Source of the DNA: an uncultured Flavobacteriales bacterium | Lineage (GTDB): Bacteria; Bacteroidota; Bacteroidia; Flavobacteriales; BACL11 | DNA: 64,000 nt | NCBI GenBank assembly: GCA_949372805.1 | Contig: CASIBH010000001.1 | Coordinates: 18,771 to 82,770, forward strand | Reading direction: 5' to 3' | In this document: positions 51,629-61,432 of the stretch, one piece after another | Numbering within the stretch: the stretch's first letter is position 1 | Layout of the letters: the number at the start of each line of letters is the position of its first letter | The notes under the pieces: generated by a model | Databases searched by the model: none | What the model saw: only the letters and a program-made list of their open reading frames with translations | Told to the model about the DNA's origin: nothing | Translations under genes and position numbers: made by a program

Positions 51629-53013
51629 TGCATAAAGAATCCGAAATAAGAGATCCCTTAATACTTGGTAATAAAACTTACCATGATATCACTAGAGATA
51701 TTGCGAGACCTGTTGAAGGAAAGGCTAATAAATATTGGTGGATTTTATTTGGTTTATCTGTTTTTCTCTTTTTGTGGGGGATAGGGTGTATGGCTTACAC
51801 TATTGGAACTGGTATTGGAGCTTGGGGTTTAAATAAAACTGTTAATTGGGCTTGGGATATTACAAATTTTGTTTGGTGGATTGGAATTGGTCATGCAGGA
51901 ACATTAATTTCTGCTGTGCTTTTATTGTTCCGTCAGAAATGGAGAATGGCAATTAACAGATCTGCTGAAGCAATGACAATATTTGGTGTTGTACAGGCAG
52001 GTCTTTTTCCTTTAATACACATGGGAAGACCATGGCTAGCTTATTGGGTATTTCCTTTCCCAAATGAATATGGACCTCTATGGCAAAACTTTAACTCTCC
52101 TCTTTTGTGGGATGTATTTGCAATTTCAACTTATCTAACAGTATCAACAGTATTCTGGTATATTGGCTTGATTCCTGATTTTGCAATGATTAGAGATAGA
52201 ATGAGTAAAACTATTAGCCCTATGAAAAAGAAGCTATATACTTTACTTGCATTTGGATGGAGTGGTAGAGCAAAACATTGGCAAAGGTTTGAAGAGGTGT
52301 CACTTGTTCTTGCAGGACTTGCTACACCATTAGTTTTTTCTGTGCACTCTATTGTAAGTATGGATTTTGCTACTTCTGTAATACCTGGCTGGCATACAAC
52401 AATATTTCCTCCGTATTTTGTACTAGGAGCTCTTTTTTCTGGATTTGCAATGGTAGAAACTTTACTTATTATTATGCGTAAAGTTGTAAATATGGAAGCA
52501 TATATTACTATTAAGCATATTGAATATATGAATGTCATTATATTATTTACTGGATCACTTGTTGGAACAGCATATATAACTGAGCTTTTTATGGCTTGGT
52601 ATTCAGGCGTTGCTTTTGAACAATATGCTTTTTTAAATAGAGCAACTGGTCCTTATTGGTGGGCATATGCAGCAATGATGTCATGTAATGTTATTATCCC
52701 ACAACTTTATTGGATTAAGAGTATAAGGACTTCTTTTATTGCTACATTTATTCTATCAATTTTTGTTAATATAGGAATGTGGTTTGAACGTTTTGTAATT
52801 ATTGTTACTTCTCTACATAGAGATTTTTTACCTTCATCATGGACAATGTTCTCTCCTACATTTATTGATATTGGTATATTTTTGGGAACTATTGGTTTTT
52901 TCTTTACATTATTTTTAATGTATGCAAGAACCTTTCCTGTAGTTGCTCAAGCAGAATTAAAAACAATTCTTAAATCTTCTGGATCAGAATATAAAAATAA
53001 GACTCATGAATAA
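51628..53013 (+). CDS. actC: Alternative complex III subunit ActC (NrfD/PsrC-type quinol-interacting membrane protein)
   Basis: ATG overlaps the actB stop. About ten hydrophobic helices. WAWDITNFVWWIGIGHAGTLISA motif. Confidence 0.88.
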   Translation: MHKESEIRDPLILGNKTYHDITRDIARPVEGKANKYWWILFGLSVFLFLWGIGCMAYTIGTGIGAWGLNKTVNWAWDITNFVWWIGIGHAGTLISAVLLLFRQKWRMAINRSAEAMTIFGVVQAGLFPLIHMGRPWLAYWVFPFPNEYGPLWQNFNSPLLWDVFAISTYLTVSTVFWYIGLIPDFAMIRDRMSKTISPMKKKLYTLLAFGWSGRAKHWQRFEEVSLVLAGLATPLVFSVHSIVSMDFATSVIPGWHTTIFPPYFVLGALFSGFAMVETLLIIMRKVVNMEAYITIKHIEYMNVIILFTGSLVGTAYITELFMAWYSGVAFEQYAFLNRATGPYWWAYAAMMSCNVIIPQLYWIKSIRTSFIATFILSIFVNIGMWFERFVIIVTSLHRDFLPSSWTMFSPTFIDIGIFLGTIGFFFTLFLMYARTFPVVAQAELKTILKSSGSEYKNKTHE

Positions 53014-53518
53014 GAAAGTATTATATGCTATTTTCGATGATGAAGAGATTTTATTAGAATCAGTTAAAGTCCTTAGATCTAAAGAGATTGAAATCGAAGA
53101 AGTCTATAGCCCTTTTCCTGTTCATGGCCTTGATGTTGCCTTAGGGTTTAAAGAAACAAGAATGGCTATAACAGCATTTATATATGGTTGTATTGGTTTA
53201 TCTTTTGGAGGTCTTTTGATTTATTATATTATGATTTCTGGTGTTGGTAAAAGTTGGCCTATGAATATTGGTGGAAAACCTAACTTTACATTCTATCAAA
53301 ATTTCCCTGCTTTTGTGCCAATTATGTTTGAGTGTACAGTTTTATTTGCTGGTCATTTAATGTCTTTAACCTATTTCTTTAGAAATAAACTTTACCCTGG
53401 AGCTACAACAACTAGCCCTGATCCAAGAACTACAGATGATAAATTCCTAATGGAAATTATAGTTGAAGGAGATGATAACAAGATGCGAAAACTACTTAAA
53501 AGAAACTGGTGCTTCTGA
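53006..53518 (+). CDS. actD: Alternative complex III subunit ActD (DUF3341-like); the 3' end appears frameshifted
   Basis: AIFDDEEILLESVKVLR...YSPFPVHGLD plus two helices. Overlaps actC by 8 nt. After the A4 run at 53498-53501 the frame ends as KRNWCF*. Skipping one A reads KETGASEINEKDTNNE*, with a stop at 53547-53549 that overlaps the actE ATG. Confidence 0.8.
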   Translation: MNKKVLYAIFDDEEILLESVKVLRSKEIEIEEVYSPFPVHGLDVALGFKETRMAITAFIYGCIGLSFGGLLIYYIMISGVGKSWPMNIGGKPNFTFYQNFPAFVPIMFECTVLFAGHLMSLTYFFRNKLYPGATTTSPDPRTTDDKFLMEIIVEGDDNKMRKLLKRNWCF

Positions 53519-53541
53519 AATTAACGAAAAAGATACAAATA

Positions 53542-54114
53542 ATGAATAAATTATTGTAATACTATCTTTCTTAATTATTTTCTCTTCATGTGAAACTGAT
53601 GGTCCTGGATATGAATTTATGCCAAATATGTATAGATCTCCCTCACTTGAAACATATGGTCAAAATGCAGTATTTGAAGATAGTTTAAATGCACGTAAAC
53701 CGGTTAAAGGAACAATTGCTAGAAATTATTTATCTACTTTCTATTATGAAGGCTCTTTAGAAGGTTACCTCGATGCAGGAGAAAATGCAGTTAACCCTTT
53801 TGAAAATAGTGATGTAAATATCGAGGAAGGCAAGAAATTATATTCTATGTTCTGTCAGCATTGTCATGGGGAATTTGGTGCAGGAGGAGGGTCTATTACT
53901 CATCCTATATACTCTGCAATACCTCATTATAATGATGGTAAATTATTAAGAAGAGCTAATGTTCCTATGAATCAAATTAACTTCGGGGCATATTTTTCAT
54001 GCTCTTACCTTTGGTTTAAATGCAATGGGGCCTCATTCTTCGCAACTAAGTGAAGAAGAAAGGTGGAAAATTGTTTTATATGTTCAGGAGTTACAAAAAT
54101 ATAATGCGGAATAA
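53542..54114 (+). pseudogene. actE: Alternative complex III monohaem cytochrome c subunit ActE, as sequenced broken by two indels
   Basis: ATG at 53542 reads MNKLL*. The next frame reads IIVILSFLIIFSSCETDGPGYEFMPNMY... (lipoprotein signal peptide and lipobox) through CQHCHG. Around 53970-53974 the conserved continuation KLTSGHIFHALTFGLNAMGPHSSQLSEEERWKIVLYVQELQKYNAE* moves to the +1 frame and stops at 54112-54114, 5 nt before actF. Confidence 0.8.
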
Positions 54115-54119
54115 AATTA

Positions 54120-55316
54120 ATGAAGATGTATAAAATATCTAAATCTAGTCTAATATTATCAATTTCACTTATAGTGATTGGGCTCCTTTCTTCAATTTAT
54201 GCATTTATTGATGATGCTCATGCAGCTTGGACAAGTTTAGTTTTTAATAATTATTTCTTTTTAGGTATTTCAATCTTTGCAGTTTTTTTTGTTGCTCTTC
54301 AGCATGTCGCTGAAGCAGGTTGGTCTACAGTTATAAAAAGAGTACCTGAGGCTATTATGACTTTTCTTCCTTATGCATGTGGGATTATGATTTTTATTGT
54401 TGTTGCTGCTCTAATGCATTGGAATCATATATATCATTGGCTAGAGCCTGGTATTATGACTGTTGGTTCTGAAAATTATGATAAAATAATTGCTGGAAAA
54501 GAAGCTTATTTAAATCCAATTTTCTTTCTTGTTAGATCTATAATTTATGTTGTAGTATGGATTTATTGTGCAAAGAGATTACGAGATATTTCTTTACAAG
54601 GTGACTTAGAAGGTGGTTTAGGTGATAAAGCTTATAGCAAAGGAATTACTGTATCTGCTTGGTTTATAGTGTTTTTTGCTGTTAGTTCTTCAATGGCAGC
54701 ATGGGATTGGATCATGTCCATTGATACTCATTGGTTTAGTACTTTATTTGGTTGGTATATTTTTTCAGAATGGGCTGCTATTGGTTTTACAACTATTTTA
54801 TTGTTTTGTTTGTTTCTAAGAAAACAGGGGTATCTCCAAGATTTAAATCAGAGTATTATTCATGATTTAGGTAAGTGGGTATTTGCTTTTTCTGTTGTTT
54901 GGACTTATATGTGGTTCTCTCAATTTATGCTTATTTGGTATGCAAACATTCCTGAGGAGGTAACATATTTTATGGAAAGAATTGAACTCCCAAACTATAA
55001 TTTTCTATTCTGGTTTAGTGCTGGTTTAAACTTTGTTGTTCCAACAATAGTTTTGATGAGTCGAGATTCTAAAAGAAATTCAAATAATTTAATTGTTGCT
55101 TGTATTGTTATTTTAATAGGTCATTGGATAAATTCTTATTTACTTTTTGCTCCAGGAACTCTTCATGATCATGGTCATTTAGGCTTTAAAGAGATTGGAA
55201 TGGGTCTTGGATTTGTTGGCTTATTTTTATTAATTATTTTCAGATCTCTTACAAAAAGATCTTTAAATATTAAGCATCATCCATTTCTTGAAGAAAGTAA
55301 GCACCTTCATACATAA
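54120..55316 (+). CDS. actF: Alternative complex III subunit ActF (polytopic membrane protein)
   Basis: 398 aa with about ten helices, at the sixth position of the act operon. Confidence 0.8.
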   Translation: MKMYKISKSSLILSISLIVIGLLSSIYAFIDDAHAAWTSLVFNNYFFLGISIFAVFFVALQHVAEAGWSTVIKRVPEAIMTFLPYACGIMIFIVVAALMHWNHIYHWLEPGIMTVGSENYDKIIAGKEAYLNPIFFLVRSIIYVVVWIYCAKRLRDISLQGDLEGGLGDKAYSKGITVSAWFIVFFAVSSSMAAWDWIMSIDTHWFSTLFGWYIFSEWAAIGFTTILLFCLFLRKQGYLQDLNQSIIHDLGKWVFAFSVVWTYMWFSQFMLIWYANIPEEVTYFMERIELPNYNFLFWFSAGLNFVVPTIVLMSRDSKRNSNNLIVACIVILIGHWINSYLLFAPGTLHDHGHLGFKEIGMGLGFVGLFLLIIFRSLTKRSLNIKHHPFLEESKHLHT

Positions 55317-55391
55317 GCCTTTTCTATTACACTCTTTTACTTTCATATCACTTTAAGTTATTGCTTTTAGTTTGTTACTTTTGTTATTAAT

Positions 55392-56414
55392 ATGAATGAA
55401 GAATTAAATCCAGAATCCGATCATTTAGATAATGAGGAAGTAGAATTCGAAAAAGCTTTACGTCCAAAAGAATTTAGTGATTTTAAGGGACAGGATCAAA
55501 TTATAGATAATCTTGAAGTTTTTATAAAAGCAGCTAGGCAAAGAGAAGAATCTTTAGATCATGTTCTTTTACATGGACCTCCTGGTCTTGGAAAAACAAC
55601 ACTTTCATATATTATTGCAAATGAGTTAGGAGTAGAAATTACTACAACTTCAGGTCCCGTTTTAGATAAACCTGGAGATTTAGCTGGTTTGCTTACTAAT
55701 CTTGAACCCAGAGATGTTTTATTTATTGATGAAATTCATAGATTAAACCCTATTGTTGAGGAATATCTTTATTCTGCGATGGAAGATTATCAAATTGATA
55801 TTATGATAGAATCCGGTCCAAATGCTCGAACAGTTCAGATAAAACTCAATCCTTTTACTTTAATTGGTGCTACTACTCGCTCAGGATTATTGACTTCTCC
55901 TCTTAGAGCTAGATTTGGAATCAATAGTCGATTAGAATATTATGGCGCTGAGCTTCTTGCAGATATTATTAATAGATCTTCAACTATATTAGATGTCAGT
56001 ATTTCTAAGGATGCTTCAAATGAAATTGCAAGAAGGAGTAGAGGGACTCCTCGAATAGCTAACGCCTTGCTTAGAAGAGTTAGAGATTTTGCACAAATAA
56101 AAGGGACTGGAAATATTGATGGGGCAATTACTAAATATTCTCTAGAGGCTCTTCATGTCGATGAAAATGGTTTGGATGAGATGGATAACAGAATTTTATC
56201 AGCTATTATTGATAAATTCAAAGGTGGCCCTGTTGGTCTTACAACTATTGCTACTGCAGTTGGTGAACAAGCTGGTACCATTGAAGAAGTTTATGAACCG
56301 TTTCTAATTAAGGAAGGTTATTTAATGAGAACACCAAGGGGGAGACAAGCGACTGATCTTGCTTTTAAACACTTAGGCAGGATTAAGCCTACTAATCAGT
56401 CAAATTTATTTTAG
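55392..56414 (+). CDS. ruvB: Holliday junction branch migration helicase RuvB
   Basis: [13 protein letters not shown], Walker [51 protein letters not shown]. Confidence 0.95.
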   Translation: MNEELNPESDHLDNEEVEFEKALRPKEFSDFKGQDQIIDNLEVFIKAARQREESLDHVLLHGPPGLGKTTLSYIIANELGVEITTTSGPVLDKPGDLAGLLTNLEPRDVLFIDEIHRLNPIVEEYLYSAMEDYQIDIMIESGPNARTVQIKLNPFTLIGATTRSGLLTSPLRARFGINSRLEYYGAELLADIINRSSTILDVSISKDASNEIARRSRGTPRIANALLRRVRDFAQIKGTGNIDGAITKYSLEALHVDENGLDEMDNRILSAIIDKFKGGPVGLTTIATAVGEQAGTIEEVYEPFLIKEGYLMRTPRGRQATDLAFKHLGRIKPTNQSNLF

Positions 56415-56596
56415 GATAAATTATCAAAAACTTCCAAAATACTTTCGCGATAATTTGCAAAGTATGCTAATGCCCAGACCTTTAAACTCGCAATTTCCTT
56501 TTTGTTAAGCCATTTTTTAGATTTCTTTAATTCCTTTTTAAATAGCTTAGGGTCAAAGCTTACTTTATTTAGTATGTTTTTACAAAATTTTAGCAT
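56411..56596 (-). CDS. Hypothetical small basic protein (61 aa)
   Basis: ORF-track entry. Its ATG shares a base with the stop of the upstream 48-aa ORF (TAATG). Its 3' end overlaps the ruvB stop by 4 nt. No family recognised. Confidence 0.4.
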   Translation of the reverse strand: MLKFCKNILNKVSFDPKLFKKELKKSKKWLNKKEIASLKVWALAYFANYRESILEVFDNLS

Positions 56597-56742
56597 TAAG
56601 ATTTAAATATTTTAATTAGACAGTATAGTATTACCAAAGTAAATCCAATTGTATATAAATAACCTGCATATTGTAAATGCATTGTTTTAAATAATATTCC
56701 TAAACTTGTTATTGCAATTGCAGAATATTTAAGTTTTTCCAT
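56596..56742 (-). CDS. Hypothetical 48-aa two-helix membrane protein (below the ORF-track threshold)
   Basis: Hand translation gives MEKLKYSAIAITSLGILFKTMHLQYAGYLYTIGFTLVILYCLIKIFKS*. The G.LFK..H motif recalls small Bacteroidetes membrane hairpins. Stop overlaps the next ATG. Starts 23 nt after the ubiX stop. Confidence 0.4.
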   Translation of the reverse strand: MEKLKYSAIAITSLGILFKTMHLQYAGYLYTIGFTLVILYCLIKIFKS

Positions 56743-56765
56743 TATTTAAAAAACGCTCAGGAAAA

Positions 56766-57338
56766 TTATTTATTGTCTTCGCCCCAAATATATTTGTCAA
56801 ATTCAAATCCACATAAGCTCAGCGCTCTATCAATAACAGTAGCGGCGAGTTCCTCAAAATCTTTTGGCTTACTGTAAAATGAAGGTGTTGCTGGACATAT
56901 AATTCCTCCTGCTTCGGTAATAGTTTTCATATTATTTATATGAATTAAACTATATGGTGTTTCTCTTGCTATTACAACTAATTTTCTTCTTTCTTTAAGT
57001 ATGACATCTGCAGCTCTAGTTGTTAGATCATTAGATATTCCACTTGCTATCCTTCCCATTGTTCCCATTGAACATGGGCATATTATCATTTTAGAATAAT
57101 TGGCAGATCCTGAAGCAAAAGGAGCTTTGAAGTCCATTTTGTTATAAAATTTAAACGGATATTTTTTGTAATCATCATTATCAAGTTCTGTTTGCCAAAC
57201 ATACTTTGCATTATCAGACATTAAGATACCTACTTCATCTACCTGATCTTTTAGAATTAGAATTTTATCAAGTAATACTTTAGCATATAAAGAGCCACTA
57301 GCTCCAGTTATTGCAATAATAATTTTATGTTTTTTCAT
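56766..57338 (-). CDS. ubiX: UbiX-family flavin prenyltransferase
   Basis: KIIIAITGASGSLYAKVLL...ICPCSMGTMGRIASGIS.DL..RAADV.LKERRKLV...RETP. Confidence 0.9.
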   Translation of the reverse strand: MKKHKIIIAITGASGSLYAKVLLDKILILKDQVDEVGILMSDNAKYVWQTELDNDDYKKYPFKFYNKMDFKAPFASGSANYSKMIICPCSMGTMGRIASGISNDLTTRAADVILKERRKLVVIARETPYSLIHINNMKTITEAGGIICPATPSFYSKPKDFEELAATVIDRALSLCGFEFDKYIWGEDNK

Positions 57339-57932
57339 TTAGAATTGATATTGAAGTGAGAAGTTTAGTCCTGTATTATATTTTCCTTTGTTTAAGCTAT
57401 ATGTTTGGCCTGAAACATGTGGAGCTATTGGTAATAATGAATTACTTAGTCTTGTATTTAATGAAATTTTTCTTGTAAGTAAATATGTGAATCCAATTAA
57501 ACCGCCAATTTCTATTTTGTTAAATTCTATCTGATTTTCTAGTTCCCCGTACAAATCTGAATAATAACCTCTTATCAGAGCAGCTGTTTGTAAGCCTACT
57601 TCAACTGAAATATTATTTGATTGAATAAACTTAAACAGTATTGGAAATTCTAAATAATTTAGATTTATATCTGCTATTTGAGGTAGTTTGTCTTTTTTCT
57701 GGTTTACACTGCCTTTTTGAGTATATGTCATTTCAATCTGTAACTGCATCTGATCATTAATGTCCCTTTTAACGAACCCTCCTAAAATTAATCCTGCCTT
57801 ATGAAAGCCAGCAAGATTATCCCCTGAAACCTGAGTTGTACTGACTCCTGCAACTATACCTGCATTAAAGTTTTGTCCAGATAAATTTTGTGTTATAAAA
57901 AAGAAGAATAATATTAAAAATAATTTTTCCAT
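57339..57932 (-). CDS. Small outer-membrane beta-barrel protein (porin-family/OmpW-like size)
   Basis: Signal peptide ending LSGQ. Alternating beta-strand pattern. C-terminal LQYQF. No spacer to the flanking genes. Confidence 0.6.
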   Translation of the reverse strand: MEKLFLILFFFFITQNLSGQNFNAGIVAGVSTTQVSGDNLAGFHKAGLILGGFVKRDINDQMQLQIEMTYTQKGSVNQKKDKLPQIADINLNYLEFPILFKFIQSNNISVEVGLQTAALIRGYYSDLYGELENQIEFNKIEIGGLIGFTYLLTRKISLNTRLSNSLLPIAPHVSGQTYSLNKGKYNTGLNFSLQYQF

Positions 57933-58865
57933 CTATCTAATACTTACTCCTGCTCCAATTGTTAAAACAGGATATTCACTAATTGTGTAATTGGCTTGTA
58001 AAGCTAATACAGCTATATTAAATCTTAATCCAACATTAGCTCTAAAATAAGTTTCTCTTTCTAATACAAGCTCTATAGGGCTTATGATACTTAATTCACC
58101 CAAATTAAATTCCTGACTTAAATTAGTAATAAAAGTTGATTCTGTTGAATTAAACCCTACTCCCGCAAAGCCCGTTAGCATTAATATTTTTCTTGAGGCA
58201 ATTAAATTTATATTGTATGCATGTATATTTAAATCTACATCTTGGTTTAAAATAGTTAGTTTAGAATTTAAACTTGAATAAGCTCCTTGTATTGATAAAC
58301 TAAGTGGTATAGTGTTTCCAATAACTGGAATCCATTGTAAAATATCATGCTTAAAACCTATTCCCCAAAGACTTATCTCCCCTTTACCCGCAAATCCTGC
58401 ATTAAAATTATATGTTGGCATATAACGAGCATTAATTTCTGTTTTCTTTATTATTCCAATTCCGGTATTAATTGTTGGCATTGCAAGAGCATAAATTGCA
58501 TTATTTTGATTAGGAAGTTTAATATCATTACCCTGATAAGTAATTATGGCTCCATCTCCTTTTCCTAATATTGTTGGCGTCTCTGATGATGTAGAGGAAA
58601 AATTTTCTAAGTCATTTGGGTTAAATGATTTTTTATTTTTTGGAATTATTAAGGTATTTAATGATAAGCTAAGATCAAATCCTGCCAGTTTATGAGGTTT
58701 GGCAGTATTATACCATCCATTATTAAGAGTTGCCCCTATGCTTGAGCTTAATGGGTTTATATATTGACTAAGAAAAATGTTAGCATCCTTATTACTAATG
58801 CTAACTTGAGCATAAGATGATTTACAAATTATAATTGCTAATATAATAGTAATTATCCTTGGCAT
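57933..58865 (-). CDS. Outer-membrane protein of unknown function (possibly DUF6588-like)
   Basis: Signal peptide ending SSYAQ. NNGWYNTAKPHKLAGFDLSLSLN and GFKHDILQWIP blocks. Beta-strand-rich. Family name from memory only. Confidence 0.5.
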   Translation of the reverse strand: MPRIITIILAIIICKSSYAQVSISNKDANIFLSQYINPLSSSIGATLNNGWYNTAKPHKLAGFDLSLSLNTLIIPKNKKSFNPNDLENFSSTSSETPTILGKGDGAIITYQGNDIKLPNQNNAIYALAMPTINTGIGIIKKTEINARYMPTYNFNAGFAGKGEISLWGIGFKHDILQWIPVIGNTIPLSLSIQGAYSSLNSKLTILNQDVDLNIHAYNINLIASRKILMLTGFAGVGFNSTESTFITNLSQEFNLGELSIISPIELVLERETYFRANVGLRFNIAVLALQANYTISEYPVLTIGAGVSIR

Positions 58866-58869
58866 TGTT

Positions 58870-59775
58870 CTATTTTGTGCTAAGTGAGATTTGCTCTACT
58901 TGAAGAATTTCATAATTATCATTATCATAAATATAAGCAACAATACCGAAATTATTAATATTCCAATCTCCAGCCTGTCCATTACCTTGGAAAAGAACAT
59001 TAGCAGAGTGATCCATATTAAAATTTTCTAAATCACTTAAGTTTATTGAATATGAATGCTCAAAAGAATCTCCATTGTTGATTTCAGAATCTAAAGTTAC
59101 CTCATCTCCCCATGTAGAGCTGATTACTGATCTTAAAACATGATTATGGATATAGTTTTGATCCTCTAATATGCCATCTTTTTGCCAATTAATAATGCCA
59201 TTTTCTGTCAGGCAAACAACTAGCTTATAGTTTCCTGTTGTATTTTTTAATGCATCAGTATTAATAGTTATTTCAGCATTATCTGCTAAAAGAGTTGATG
59301 ATATATTGATGCCAAATATTACATCTTTACTAAGTTCATCTCCAACGCTAGAAAGCCATTGACCTTTGTCTTTTCTGTGGTCATTTGGATAACCTATTCT
59401 ATTAATCATTCCTTTGGGTAGTCCAGCATCTGTTATATTAAAAAAGTTATCAAACTCTTCACCCCATTTTGATCTAAAATCATAAGTAAATTTAGTTTGA
59501 CTAATCGGGTAGGGTCTTGCAAAAGTATTTCCAACATGTATAGCAAGGCCAATTATTTGAGCTCCATATACATCATGAATAGCTTCTAATTCTCTAGCTG
59601 CATCAGGACAGTTTTGACATAGATGTCCGGTAAAATCTTCTATTAAAATATTTTTAACATATTGGTTGCTTGAAGTGTCGACTCCTCCTCCATTGTTATT
59701 TATATATGGCTCCTCAATAATATCACAAGAGCTTATCAGCGAGATAATAAAAATGCTATAAATTAAATTTTTCAT
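58870..59775 (-). CDS. Omp28-related outer-membrane lipoprotein with thioredoxin-like CxxC motif
   Basis: Lipobox LISSCD. ILIEDFTGHLCQNCPDAARELE is the typical Omp28-related N-terminal block with C-Q-N-C. Confidence 0.65.
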   Translation of the reverse strand: MKNLIYSIFIISLISSCDIIEEPYINNNGGGVDTSSNQYVKNILIEDFTGHLCQNCPDAARELEAIHDVYGAQIIGLAIHVGNTFARPYPISQTKFTYDFRSKWGEEFDNFFNITDAGLPKGMINRIGYPNDHRKDKGQWLSSVGDELSKDVIFGINISSTLLADNAEITINTDALKNTTGNYKLVVCLTENGIINWQKDGILEDQNYIHNHVLRSVISSTWGDEVTLDSEINNGDSFEHSYSINLSDLENFNMDHSANVLFQGNGQAGDWNINNFGIVAYIYDNDNYEILQVEQISLSTK

Positions 59776-59777
59776 AA

Positions 59778-61430
59778 TTAAAAACTTGATGTTATATTAA
59801 AGTTAAGTCCATTTGAAGAAGGTACTAACTTACACACTCCTCCAACACAAAATATTCCTTCTCTTTTCTTTCCATAGCCTATCTCAAATCTATTTGCACC
59901 CTTAATAAATCCAACGTTAAGATTTATATAATGAAGTTGTTTACTGACATCTTCATTCCCATAATTATACATGTCTTGTACTGCAAAAAACCAGTTAGGA
60001 GAAATAGTATATTCTGCTAGCCCCATTACCCAGTCCCCTTCTTCTTTCTTAGAGGCGGTCTCTAATTGTTTTGCCATTAGGGTTTGAAGCTCCATTCTAA
60101 TTGAGTGGCCTTTCTTTATTTTATAGCTGATGTCCAAGACTCCTATTGTAGAATTAATAACTCCGTATTCTCCAGGTGTTTTTCCCTCTAGAAAATCTTT
60201 ATTATATGTTTGGTTAGCTACAACTAAATTATATCTGACTTTTTTATTTAATTTTTTATTTATTTCTAAGTTTATATCTGAATAATATAGTTCTTCATCA
60301 ATTACACTTATAAGAATTGGAGTATGATCTTGATTGTCATTTAGAAATGAATTTCCACTGTTTAAGCCATTTATTCTTGAAACATTAAAATTTAGTTTTG
60401 TACCATATCTTCCGCCAAGCAATGTTCCTTTATTGATTTTGTAAAAGATATCAAGTTGAAAGCCTAGCTCTCCCATTGCTTGTGTAGCACAAGGGTATAA
60501 AGCAAGTAATGAATATGCATGAGGCTTACTTAATGTTGGAATGTAATTTAGAATATATGCTTTTCCAATCCTATCTCTATCTGATAAAAGTAGCATATTA
60601 TCTGCTCTATGTATTTCTGCAGTAATTCCAAATCCTTTTTTAGAATATGTAAGACTTGAAGTGAAAGCGCTTCCGCTTGCATAGTTTACATTCTCTTGTT
60701 GAATAGAATTAAGTGGGTCATTTATTTTGTAGGCATATTCCCCAAAATAATTCCAGCCACCATTTATTAAATTTAATCTTCCAGCATATAAGCCTACGTT
60801 TTGTGGTAGTTCAAAGAGTGGATTTGATCTTTGTTGATACCTACTCACAAAGCTTCCTCCAAGGATATATTTTGTTTTAGATGTTAAATTCATTGCCTGA
60901 TTTAAATCTATTTCAGCATCAATACCTCTAAATATTCCATCTGCATAAGTAAAGTAAGTCCTACTCTTAGCAATAAATGTTTTTAGGTTTATTCCATTTC
61001 CAATTTTATATTTCAGTCTGATTCCATCCATTGCATTATCAATACCTAAACCTTTTTCTTCATAACTTCTAAAGATCAAACCACTCCCAAATTGTTCATA
61101 GAAATTACCAGCAGTTATTTCCAATCCTGATGTAGAATATGTTGCAAATCTATAAGGAATACCATTTCCTTTAAAATCATCGTCATAATCTAATAAAGCA
61201 TTTAAGTAACTTTCATATCTAACTCCTGCAGTAAAATTATTTCTGGTGAATAAGATGTTTAAATAACTATTGTTTCTAATTACTTCATCTGCAGCTACCG
61301 CATTAATGCTAGCATCCTCAAGATAGCTTTGCATATTCAAATTAAAATCTCCATGAATTTCTCCAAGATCTTGCCCATTTGTAAAGAGGTAGCTAAATAA
61401 AAGACCTAAAATTATTACATTTTTTTTCAT
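59778..61430 (-). CDS. Large outer-membrane beta-barrel protein (DUF6029-like)
   Basis: Signal peptide ending TNGQ. 550 aa of alternating beta-strand pattern. C-terminal FCVGGVCKLVPSSNGLNFNITSSF with terminal Phe. Family name from memory only. Confidence 0.55.
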   Translation of the reverse strand: MKKNVIILGLLFSYLFTNGQDLGEIHGDFNLNMQSYLEDASINAVAADEVIRNNSYLNILFTRNNFTAGVRYESYLNALLDYDDDFKGNGIPYRFATYSTSGLEITAGNFYEQFGSGLIFRSYEEKGLGIDNAMDGIRLKYKIGNGINLKTFIAKSRTYFTYADGIFRGIDAEIDLNQAMNLTSKTKYILGGSFVSRYQQRSNPLFELPQNVGLYAGRLNLINGGWNYFGEYAYKINDPLNSIQQENVNYASGSAFTSSLTYSKKGFGITAEIHRADNMLLLSDRDRIGKAYILNYIPTLSKPHAYSLLALYPCATQAMGELGFQLDIFYKINKGTLLGGRYGTKLNFNVSRINGLNSGNSFLNDNQDHTPILISVIDEELYYSDINLEINKKLNKKVRYNLVVANQTYNKDFLEGKTPGEYGVINSTIGVLDISYKIKKGHSIRMELQTLMAKQLETASKKEEGDWVMGLAEYTISPNWFFAVQDMYNYGNEDVSKQLHYINLNVGFIKGANRFEIGYGKKREGIFCVGGVCKLVPSSNGLNFNITSSF

Positions 61431-61432
61431 AT

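Noticed and set aside
53498-53501. Programmed +1 ribosomal frameshift (CUU-A type slip at CTT AAA AGA) or transcriptional slippage as an explanation for the actD/actE frame breaks.
   Set aside because: The following AAA codon is not a hungry or rare codon. The A-runs (3-4 nt) are far too short for RNA polymerase slippage. One of the three breaks lies at the initiation region of actE, where recoding cannot rescue translation. Three independent recoding sites within 500 bp is implausible.
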